A DNA stretch of 64,000 nt from Felis catus (lineage: Eukaryota): positions 169,820,001 to 169,884,000 of the forward strand of contig NC_058368.1 in the NCBI RefSeq assembly GCF_018350175.1, written 5' to 3'. The first letter of the stretch is position 1, and each line of letters opens with the position of its first letter. Below, one piece after another: positions 1 to 10,820 of this stretch. The notes beneath the pieces are model-generated. The model had not been told where the DNA came from, made no database searches, and saw only the letters and a list, made by a program, of their open reading frames with translations. Position numbers and translations under genes: made by a program.

Positions 1-666
1 TGGTAACTGACAACAAAGCTGCCGTGTTGGAATGGAGGATGGGCTTGCAATTTTAGAGCTCCAAAAGATCCTTAAACCTCTCTGTTCAGACAGAAAACAA
101 GGGAGTTGCTGGGGAGAAAGGACCTGAAGGTAGAGGATTTTGATACCACTACAGGGAGGTGACCCTCTACCCCTTCCGTTGTATGCTCACTGGCACTGAA
201 ATTTAGTTTCGGCATTATTGGCCTTAGGCCTGCAGGGGCTGTGAGCACAGCATGTGTGTGCAACTCTTCAGCTGATGGAGGGCACTAATGTTTCCCTCAA
301 CAATTTTGATTTGTGTTTTAATTTTCCTTCAGAGGGCACGTAATATATTTTTGGAGCTGGTTAATTCTCAAAACCTCTGGGTACTATTGAAAAGTGGCAT
401 TTAAGTACTCTGCCTCTGCTTTTAAAAGAGCAGCTCATTCTCATTTTCAAACTTTTAGGTATCCAAGACCTAGCGAGGGCATTATAAATGCTGCTCTCTC
501 TATGGCACCCTGAGGACAAATCTGTCCCCTAGGTTGACAGTGGGTGAGAGGAAGCATTGTAAAATATATTTTACGTCTACTCAGTAAGTAACTTATTTGC
601 TTTTGTTTTACAATTTTCCCACCAAATAAAAACTGGTTTGGGAGTCTATTGGCAGTGACGTTTTTA

Positions 667-821
667 TTTATTTATTTATTTATTTATTTATTTTTCAATA
701 TATGAAATTTATTGTCAAATTGGTTTCCATACACCACCCAGTGCTCATCCCAAAATGTGCCCTCCTCAATACCCATCACCCACCCTCCCCACCCTCCCAC
801 CCCCCCATCAACCCTCAGTTT
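667..821 (-). mobile_element. Young felid L1 3' stub, severely 5'-truncated, (TAAA)n tail
   Basis: Antisense L1 3' UTR (ttcaatatatgaaatttattgtcaaattggtttccatac...). Perfect 15-bp TSD gcagtgacgttttta at 652-666 and 822-836. TTTT/AA endonuclease site present. Confidence 0.92.
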
Positions 822-1199
822 GCAGTGACGTTTTTAATTGACCAAAATCAAATTTGAAAAGTTACTCTTTTCTAGTGGAAAAAGAGTTCATAAATCCCTA
901 TGTAAATGAGATTTGGTTTTGTGCTTGAGGGAGAATCATATTTTTCATTTTTATTTCATCATCTTGAATTTTAGAAGCATGAACTATTATTATTGATAAA
1001 ATGGGCAAGGTATGTTCCTCTTCAGTCTATATGTCATCAAACTATTTGCTTAAAAAGTTGAACTAGAGTTGATGCTCATTTGTTGGAGCTACCTCATACC
1101 CAAAATTGTGAAACAAGGATGAATGTGCTTCAAATTATGGCTCATGGTAATTTCACATTAAAGTAGATCAAATATGATTCGATAATCCTTTACAGATTC

Positions 1200-1450
1200 T
1201 TCCTCACAAATACCTGTCAATTCAGCCTCTTCTTTTTGTCCCTTGGCTGCTTTGGTGACCATGTTATCATCTCCTTTTCTCTGTACTCTGTCATAGTCTC
1301 CCATTTGGTCTCCTTCTTCTGTATTTTCTTGCTCTCAAATTCTTTTTCCATATCTCAGCCTCATCACCCTAACAAAATGCAATTCTGATCCATGTCAATC
1401 CACTGCTTAAAACTCTGTAAAGGGTTCCAGTGTTCTAAGTTAAATGCCAC
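1200..1450 (+). mobile_element. L2 LINE 3' region relic
   Basis: aaaatgcaattctgatccatgtcaatcccactgcttaaaactc resembles the L2 3' consensus; highly diverged. Confidence 0.55.
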
Positions 1451-1462
1451 AGTTCTTTTTCT

Positions 1463-3004
1463 TTCTTCAGCTTTACTGAGATGTGATTGACTAATAGACT
1501 CTGTATATATTAAAGGTGTACAGTGTGATGTTTTGATATATAAATACATTGTGAAATGATTCCCCCAATCGAGTTAGTTCACCTACCCATCACCTATTTA
1601 ACATTTTGGGGGGCGGGGCGGTAAGACTAAGATCTGCTCTCAGCACATTTCAAGTATACAATGCATTATTAAATATAATGTCTGTGCTGTATACTAGCTC
1701 TCCAGAATTTATTTATCCTAGAACTTGAGAGCTTATACCCTTTGACCAACATCTCCCATGTCCTCCACTCCCTAGCCCCTGGCAACCACTGTTCTACTCT
1801 TTATTTCTATGACTTGAGCTTTTTTAGATTCCACACGCAAATAAGATCATGCAATATTTGTCTTTCTCTGTCTGGTTTATTTCACTTAGCATAATGTTTT
1901 CTAGGTTCATTCATGTTGTTGCAGAATTTTCTTCTTTTTATGGCTGAATGGTATTCCATTCAGCCATATGTGTACCACATTTTCTTTATCTAGTCATCTG
2001 TCATTGGACACTTACTTAGGTGGTTTCCAAATGTTGGCTATTGTAAATAATGCTGCATGAATATGGGAATGCAGATATCTCTTTGAGATACTAATTTCCT
2101 TTCCTCTGAATGTATATTCGTGATTGCTGAGTCATATGGTTATTCTATTCTTGATTTTTTGAAGAAATTCCACATTGCTTTCCATAATGGCTGTCCCAAT
2201 TTATAGTCCAACCAACAGTGTTCCAATTTCTCCACATACTTACCAGCATTTATTAATTTTTGACTTTTTGAGAATAGCCATCCTAACGGGTATAAGGAGT
2301 TAACTCATTGGTTTTGATTTGTATTTCCCTGATGATTAGTGATGTTGAACACATTTTTATGCATATGTTGGCTATTTGTCTAATTTGGAAAAATGTCTAT
2401 TCAGGTCCTTTGCCCATTTTTAATCAGTTAATTTGTGTTTTCTTTGCTATTGTATAGGTTTTGAAAGTACATTTTGGTTATTAGCCGTCTGTTGACTATA
2501 TGGTTTGCAAGTATTTTCTCCTATTCCTTAGGTTGCTTTTTCATTTTGGTGATGGTTTCCTTTGCTGTGCAGAAATGCTTTAATTTTATGTAGTCCAACT
2601 TCCTTATGTTTGCTTTTGTTGCTTGCGCTTCTGGTGTCACACATGAAAAAATTGCCAACACCTATGTCAAGGGGTTTTCTTCTAGGAGTTTTACAGTTTT
2701 ACTTCCTATGTGTAAGTCTTTAATCAATTTTGAATTGATTTTTGTACATGATATGAGATAAGGTCCAGTTTCATTCTTTCACATGTGGATATCCAGTTTT
2801 CCCAGTACCATTTACTAAAGAGACTACCCTTTCCCACTGACACAAATAAATGGAACGATATCCCATAGTGACACAGATTGGAAGAATTAATATTATTAAA
2901 ATGTCCATACTATTCAAATCTATCTACAGATTCAATGTAATCCCTAATAAAATTCCAGTGGCATTTTTCACAAAAATAGAAAAAAAGTCCTAAACTTCAC
3001 ATAA
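1463..3004 (-). mobile_element. L1MA-type LINE-1 3' end (1463-2840) with inverted 5' segment (2841-3004)
   Basis: Antisense L1MA8/9-like 3' UTR and ORF2 C-terminal region. At ~2840 it switches to sense ORF2 (cacaaataaatggaacgatatccc...). No clear TSD. Confidence 0.85.
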
Positions 3005-4010
3005 TACTTGTTTAGAACAAAGCACCTAATTAAAGTCAGCTTTTTTTTTTTTTTGAACGGTGGGGAGCTTAACTTCAGGAATATCAACGTGATTTTGATG
3101 TGTAAGATGGAAAGTATTTTCATTTGTTTGTTGGTTCCTTCAACACTTGTTTAATGAATACCTACGATAGGCCATGTAGTATCATCAGTGCCAGAAATGA
3201 GAGCAAAGATAGAAATAATATCCATACGGTACTTTAACATTTTTGAATTGCTTGCACATAAATGAACTTGTTTGATCCTTACCACATCTCAGTGAAGAGG
3301 AAGCAGGAGTTTCTGGCACTATATTGAGGTCAGTATTAACAAATGTTAACTTTGAAGATCAAGCTGGAGAGAGATGCAAGGTAAATCCAGAACCAGAGTG
3401 ACAACCAGATCACTTAGAGAGACATGGCGAGGCCAAAGAGTAACTAGATGAGAGAGACACAGAACAGGGGAGGGCAGTGGTCAGAGAGGAGAATTTATCA
3501 GTCTCACTACATCCCGGAAGACCACAGACTCCAGAGGCTCTTGAGTTTAATGACTCAGGCTGCCTTATAATAAGCAAGTGGCATTTCTGTGGTAATGATG
3601 TGGTTACTTGTAGTCTTCTGGAAGCTTAAATGTTGCACTGGGATTCTGGTGTCCCAGGGAGATGTGTGGCCTGCTTCACAGTCCACTTCTTAGCTTAGTC
3701 TATTTATAAACACTAGGAGTTTAGACACAAATATGAACATGGTAATGGATTTTTATTGGTGTTACTCAAAACCCAAGAAATCAAAGGGTTAAAAATTGCA
3801 AGAAGTAACTTAATCTAGCAACTCACTTTCATTTTAAGTTTCACATAACCTCCTTTTCTCACCTGATAAAAACCTATTCCATTTTAAATCTCTCCAAACT
3901 CTTGTGAGTGGTGGGAGGGGGTGACCTTCTTGAAATGGGTAAGTTTTGCTCCCATGAGTCCATGTGTAGGAAGGGTAAGTAATATTCTGATGTCAACGTT
4001 TAGGTAAATT

Positions 4011-4048
4011 ACAAAAAACAAAAAACAAAAAACAAAAAACAAAAACAA
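4011..4048. repeat. (CAAAAAA)n simple repeat
   Basis: About 5 tandem units read directly. Confidence 0.85.
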
Positions 4049-4454
4049 CTGTATCCAGTAATATGTTGTCAATATACTTTCATTTCTTAGTGAAACTCCC
4101 AGGTTGATCCTGAGCTAATAATAACAGCCTAGAGTTACTTTTAGGTTATCTGCCCAACCCACAGTTGCATAATTCAGACCACATTTGCCTAGTTCATTGA
4201 TGAGTGTTCCATAGAGGATGAAATCAAAGTCTCAATAAAGTCAAGATTTATTATTTCTGTTTTCAGGATATCTCTCAGTTTGTCAGGGAAATTAAGGTAG
4301 CCCAACCAAACATATTGTAAACATTACCTAGATCTTATTTTCCTCAAAGTGTCCAAAAATGGGTCTTAGAATGATCTTTCCCAGTATCTTTTCAGCATAG
4401 ACCATCAGATGAATGCTCAGAATTAATTTTGTCTTTTAAATACCTGGTCCTTGA

Positions 4455-4654
4455 GGGGCACCTGAGTGGCTCAGTTGTTAGTGTCTGACTCTTGATTTCA
4501 GCTCAGGTCATGATCTCATGGTTCATGAGTTTGAGCCCCACATCAGGCTCTGTGCTGACAACTTGGAGCCTGTTTGGGATTCTCTCTCCCTTTCTCTCTG
4601 CCCCTTCCTAGCTTGTGTGCTCTTTCTCGCTCAAATAAATAAACATCTAAAAAA
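4455..4654 (+). mobile_element. Can-SINE (SINEC)
   Basis: ggggcacctgagtggctcag head, (CT)n tract, aaataaataaac and A tail. Confidence 0.93.
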
Positions 4655-5827
4655 TGAATATATTTTATTTATATAATATTTACATACTTTTATATGTCCC
4701 TTCATGTAATCCAGGGACCCATGAGTGAATTACTAACGTAGAAAACATTGGACTTAGCAGAACTTTTCTCTGAATTTCTCTGACTGGCTCTCACCAATTT
4801 AATGGGGTAGATTTCCTCAGTGCCTGTATCAAAACTTTAAATGTTGCCCTTCACATACAAATATGGCCTTTCCATACCTTTATCCATGGAGGCTGAACTC
4901 TGAATTTGTTTTTTCAATACTGCAATTCTTAAATTTCATCTCGTATAGTCTACATCTTGTGCCCAGTATCCTTGTGACCCTAATGCATTGGCATGAGATG
5001 GTTAGCTAGGCTGCCAGGTGTCATGGGTAGCTCTGTCGTGGTACAGGTACCGGGGCTACATAGAGAGCCTATGATCTGGCCTATGCAGGCATAGGTAAAT
5101 TGATGCACTAACCTAAGCAAATCACACTTAGCTATGTTACCCTAAGTTAGGGAAGGAGAGTGTCACTGTTTGTCCAGTAAAGCAAACTGGGTATATAAAT
5201 GTATATAAAGAGTCAAAATTAGTATACAATATTCTAGGAATAAGTGTTTAAGCCAAAGTGCTTAGAATCAAGTAGAAGAGACCAGAATGATATATGTGAA
5301 ACAAAGAAAAACATATGATGCATATACTCATAAGGCATGCAGAGATATTCTAATAATACTGGCCAGTATTTTTTTTTTAATGGAGAAAGAACTGGGGTTG
5401 GTATAATGCAGGCAGCTTCACAAAGACAGTATGACCTGTACACCCAAAGGGGATAGAATTTATTCAAATGTAAAGGAGTAAGAAGAGTCAACATATTTTA
5501 CTATGGAAACAACTGTTTTGTTTTCCTTCTTATTTTCTGCTTCCTTAAAAGGATCCAACCCATTCTAAGGGAATGCACTTCACTGCACACACCCCACCAA
5601 CAGGGACAGAATGCAAATATTTTCCCTCACCTCAGGGGAGTGTTTGAAAACACTCTCTTGGAAAGGAAACTAATTTATTTGGTTGCTAATTATTTTGGCT
5701 CTGGTTTTAATGAGCCATCCACTGTAAGAGATAAAGAGGATAATAAGACTTTCTCTCCCTCTCTCTGCCTCTCTCAATGTCTCTCTGTCTCTCTCTCTTT
5801 GGTAAAGTGATTAAAAGAGTATGGACA

Positions 5828-6062
5828 CGTATCATGTAGTGTTTAAGATCATGGACCTTCTTTTAGGTCCTTTTCATAGTCATAAAAAGAAAAGACCTTT
5901 TCTTTTTCATAAAAAGAAAAGAAAAGAAAAGAAAAGAAAAGGTCTTTTCTTTTTATGAAAGAATGGGCATATTGTTTATCCTTTCTGTGCCTTAGAATCC
6001 TCATCCATAAAATGAGAATAATAATAGTTCCTATCTCGAAGGGTTGTAGTGTGGATTTAAAC
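5828..6062 (+). mobile_element. MIR with its internal segment replaced by a palindromic A/T-rich insert
   Basis: MIR head-like catgtagtgtttaagatcatggac and core cctcatccataaaatgagaataataatagttcctatctc flank 5855-5960. Confidence 0.7.
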
Positions 6063-6841
6063 AGCGGTGTTGTATTATTGTTGTTATTATTTATTGTTAT
6101 ATTATTATTAGCCTAGAACCCTGCAAAGGAATAGGAAATCGATGGTGTGGACAGATGGGACCACAGAGCCTTCCAGATGATTCCAGGGAAATTGCCTAGG
6201 AAGTGTGTGTGTGGGCTGGGGGGAGGGGGAAGGATAGCCTGGCCATGAGACAAAGTGTTGCCTGGAGAGTGTCTAAAGAAGAGCTCCATGGAGAACACTG
6301 TGTTTGTTCCCAATCAAGCAGATTGCTCCCCAACAGCCAACTGGCTTATCTGTGTCTAGTAAAGAATCTACTTTTGCCATCACCCACAACCCAGTCAGTT
6401 GATCCTGCAACCCCTGAGGGAAGGAATATTATCACATCTGCTATTTTTTTTTTTTTATCAATGTTGTCTTTGTCACTTGGTAGTCCAACAGAAGCAAAGG
6501 CCATTAGTACCCTTAGAATTGGGTATATCAAATTAACCTAAGGTGGACAACCGTGAACCCTAGGAAACAAAAAACATGGTAAGAAAACCAGCAAACAAGC
6601 AAAAAAACCCAGAACACTTGTTTCAAAAGGGGGTCCCCTGGATATGAAAGCATTGGTATTGGAGAGATTCTTCCAACTTGTATGCCTAGGGTGCCTGCAT
6701 TGGACAAATTTGAGACCCCTGATCTGGCATAGTATTTAGTGATACCTCCTGTTATAAATAGCAGTCTTAAAGTCACAGAAGGATCCATTTTTTAAGGACA
6801 ACTTGTTCCATGGAAGAAGTTCCTCAGACAAGTAATCCGGA

Positions 6842-7000
6842 GTAGAGCTACGCAGTGTGGTCCTTGGATCACATCAGTATCACCTGGGATCTTATGACAT
6901 GTAGAATCTCTGCTTCTACTTCAGCCCTACTGAATCAGAATCTCCCTTTACAAGGTCCTGGGAGATTCATGTGCACATTCATATTTGGGAAGCTCTGGTC
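6842..7000. mobile_element. MER5-family hAT-Charlie MITE
   Basis: gtgtggtcc...catcagtatcacctggga...cctactgaatcagaatctc...gattcatgtgcacatt...tttgggaagctctg. Confidence 0.75.
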
Positions 7001-7691
7001 TCTTGGACTCAGATGGGTGATACATCTTTTTACAGTATCTACCTCATCACCCTGGGGTAGCAAAGCATTGGTAAGAGACTCTGATTGATCCTTTTCAAAA
7101 TTTCAAGGAAAAATATCCCCAGAAAGCAGAGATAGAGATAATGCTAATAAGCATGGCAATTACAAACACATCCTCTTTTTTGAATTAGCAATAGAAGAAA
7201 TATCCAAAGAAATGTGTGCAGTTCTTCATTTTAAGACCTTTTAAGCCCTCAGATGACTTGAAGTGAAAGATGCCTCTGGAATGCACCATAACACTTAGAT
7301 GCCTTAGAAATTTAGATCAAAGGTGAGAGTCATCAAAGTTTTTGTGGCCTCAAAGGCAAAAAGACAGCACTTCTGAGATACAAGAGTTGTGTTGAGACGG
7401 GTTTTGTCCCTTTGTGAGTCTTTATGAGGAAGAGTGCTTCTTGAGCCTTGGAACCCTCGAGACCTGCCAATTTGAGAGGAAGAGGTGGCATTTCCCTTTA
7501 AGCTACAGGTTGCATTCTGTTCAGATCCTCAAGCATCAAGGTCAGGCCTTGTTCAGAATAACTGAATGCTAATTGCCTCGCTGAGAATTAATGTGCATTA
7601 TCTTGTTTACACCAATGTTCTGCTGGCAGTTTGTAAATCATTCTCTCCAGCAGGCTCTGACACAGATTTGAAGTTTGTTTCTGTTTTATAG

Positions 7692-7832
7692 GAGTTGGGT
7701 TCATCTCTAGCTATGCTAGAGGGTTAGAAAAATTAGATGAATGAGCCAGGGGAGACCTCTTCCCTGCACACTTCCGCATCATGAATGATCGTCACAATTG
7801 ACAGGGATTGTGGAGACTGCATTTAGCTCCAG
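7692..7832 (+). other. Candidate non-coding exon (141 bp)
   Basis: Acceptor gtttgtttctgttttatag| and donor CAG|gtaaga. Stops in all three frames; unique sequence. Confidence 0.3.
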
Positions 7833-7967
7833 GTAAGAAACAGACTGGCTGTGTAATTACGCTAACACTTTCCAGGGAGATTTTTGTTTTGTTCTGTTTT
7901 GTTTTTTTTACCTTTGCTATATGTATACAGGCTCGTGCTTGCTTGTGCATCCCCTTGGCGACTAAAC

Positions 7968-8013
<46 letters not shown>
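7968..8013. repeat. (CA)n microsatellite
   Basis: Direct reading. Confidence 0.97.
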
Positions 8014-8015
<2 letters not shown>

Positions 8016-8429
8016 TAGCCACAGACTGACTGGCACACTCATAAAGACCATCAAGGTGACCTCGGTGATTTGTATGGCTACCCCTTGCCATGGTCCATTT
8101 CTCAATGCAGTGGGCAGTCTTCCAAATACACAGCAGCTCTGTGCAGCAATCACTTCAACTTCGTGGAAACCCCAAGCAGGAGATACGCAGTTCCCCTCCA
8201 TTTTGCTCTGCTTTTGGTCTAGATTTTGTATCCCACTGTTGTTTATTTTTCTTGCCACTCACTGGACATGTAATTTTGGGGAAATCACTGTGCCTCCATT
8301 TCCTTATCTATACAATTAAAGGGTGGTCCTTATTTAGTGCTGGCTGGCCAGGATTTCATGCTTTTTCCTTTGATTCTGGGAGCAAGATGGTTGCCAGCAC
8401 TCAAGCTCCTCATCATAGACCTGAAGCTT

Positions 8430-8480
8430 GAGAGAGAGAGAGAGAGAGAGAGAGAAGAGAAGAGAGAGAGAGAGGGAGAG
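8430..8480. repeat. (GA)n microsatellite
   Basis: Direct reading. Confidence 0.95.
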
Positions 8481-8529
8481 GAAGCTGCAGTGCTAGGGGG
8501 AAATGATTCAGAGAGGCTTTGCTTGCCAG

Positions 8530-8680
8530 TCCAGATCGGCCTCTGACCTTTGGCAAGTCTCGTGGATCTTCAATTTTCTCATCTGTAAAATGGAGATAAA
8601 TACCCTGGCTTGCCTCCCCTGTGGGGCTGTGATGAGAGAGTATACTGCACTCTGGAAAGTGCCATACAGTGCAGAAGGTA
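8530..8680 (+). mobile_element. MIR
   Basis: tgacctttggcaagtc...caattttctcatctgtaaaatggagataa core. Confidence 0.7.
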
Positions 8681-9725
8681 GCATGTTTCCAGGTTTGTCT
8701 CATCGGTCCTTTTCGGCAGGGAGAGAGCATCAAGTGGTCCCAGCCCCTGAGGCTCCTCAGCCACCGCTATAGTGCTCAGCTCAGGCCATATGGCAGAACC
8801 CTGTAGAGATAACATTCCCTGCCTGCCCTGAGTATCACCTTATCAGAATTTCTAGGGGAAAGTCTCAAGCATATGAAATGGATGTGAAGTCATATTTGAA
8901 AACTGCTGATCTGGAGACAGGGAAGACTTAACTACTTTCTTGATCTCAAATTTTAATATTTATTGTATATGACAGACATATATTCATACGTCTGATGCCT
9001 GAAACATAGTCTGGACAGGACAGAGCTTATGGGGGGGGGGGCTATTCAGCTGTAGCCTTCTGTTTAAGCCTGTCAAATACACCTGCTAGTCTTGATTCAT
9101 GGTTTTCTTTCCCATATATTAAATGGAAGAAATCTCTGACACTATTGTTGAAAATGAACTTCTGAGAACTGTATATCCTTTGGGAATGAGGCATGGTTCA
9201 ACATGAACTATATTTAGCCCTCTCTGAGTCCTCTTTTAAACATTAACTAGGGCACAGTTGAACTTTATCTTTTGCCCTTTGGAGCACCGGTAGTAGAGGA
9301 TGATAAGAAAAGGGGAAAAGGAAGTTGAGGAGCAGCACAAATAGCTTTCTACTTAGATAGTTTCATCACCAGTTAGAATCTGTTTGGAGCTGACACTAGT
9401 TAGGTTCTCTGCCTAAGGAACAGCTGTGGGATGAGTATGTGGAGTTTATGCAAATGGCTTCACAAGTGACAAAAAGGCTTAGGCTTGGTCCTTCCCTTCA
9501 TTCTTTGATCCAGTTCCACCGTGACTGGGAATAAACTCAAGCTAGATATTTCAAAGCCACGGTCCCAGGCAGGTGCCATTAAGGACCTCAGAGGAGGTGG
9601 CAGGGGTGGAGGTATGGGGGAAAAAAATAACCCCATCTAAAATACATGATTCAAAATTAAAGAAGCAAAGCAAATTCTCAGGAGGTAGACTTTTTGTCTT
9701 TATTTGTCTCACTTTAGTTTTCCAG

Positions 9726-9779
9726 TGAAATGAGATAAGAACATCTGTCTCCTGCTAAATAGGAGCTGCGTTCTTTCAG
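9726..9779 (+). other. Candidate non-coding exon (54 bp)
   Basis: Long pyrimidine tract ctttttgtctttatttgtctcactttagttttccag| and donor CAG|gtaaga. Stops in all frames. Confidence 0.3.
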
Positions 9780-10317
9780 GTAAGAATGATAATGCTGGGG
9801 GAACGCGTTTTTGCAAACTTGCCTTAATCTATTTCTGGGGTAATGGACTTTCACAGCAGCCTCAAGTGCTGCTGTTAATAGCTTCTTGCTTCTTCCAGCA
9901 GAAATGCACTAGAGCTGTTTTCAGATGTGTGTTCACTTTGAGGAAAAGAACAACACAACCAGAGAGAGAGAGAGAGAGAGAAATAAAGAACAAGAAATTA
10001 CCTCAGTGCATGTTCCTGCCACTCTAACCAGCAGTACTGGTTACTACATGGAAAAAGTTACTTTCTCCATGACTGAAAAACATTTAGGGCACAGGGTTGG
10101 AGTTTGGGCTCCAACTCTGGATATTTCCCTGGCTGCTTCAATACAGTGAGCTTTGGACTCCAGGGAGAAAGTCTAAAAATACTAGAGCCTATTTGTTCAA
10201 AAGCAAGTACCAAAGATGGAAAGGGCCTGCTTTTGCCTTAAAGGAAGAAAGGAATATAAAATCTTAATGTTTTCATTGTTAAACTCTAAATCAAAGTCAG
10301 ACCTTGGAATACTGTTG

Positions 10318-10501
10318 TTTTTATTTTAATGGGCAATGCGAAGACACAGTAACACAAATTCGAATAGCACAAAAGGAAATATACTATAAAGTTACTCTCC
10401 CTTCCAACCCTACCCACCAATGCTCTGGTTCCTTTCCCTGAGGCCACCCCTGATCCTAGTTTCTTGTGGATCCTTCCAGGGATCTTCTCTGCATATTGAG
10501 G

Positions 10502-10545
<44 letters not shown>

Positions 10546-10820
10546 ATCAACAGAGCTCCCTCTCCCTCCATTTAACATGAATACTTGCATCATGCACACA
10601 CTCTCCTGCACCCTTGCCTTTTTCACTTTAAAAGATGTCTTAGGCATCAGGTCATAGAGACCAGTCTTCTTCACTTTAATAGCTCTACAGAGGCCCACTG
10701 AGGTGTGTATCATAATTCATTTAACCAGCTCCCTACTGGTAGGGATTTAGGCTCTTGTGATTCATTTGCCACTACAGTGTTGGAATGAGTATTTTTATAC
10801 CTTAAAGTGTAAAATATATT
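10318..10820 (-). mobile_element. Ancient L1ME-type 3' end containing a (GT)n tract at 10504-10543
   Basis: Diverged antisense 3' UTR motifs (tttccctgaggccacc, gtgtatcataattcatttaaccagctccctactggtagg). Confidence 0.6.
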
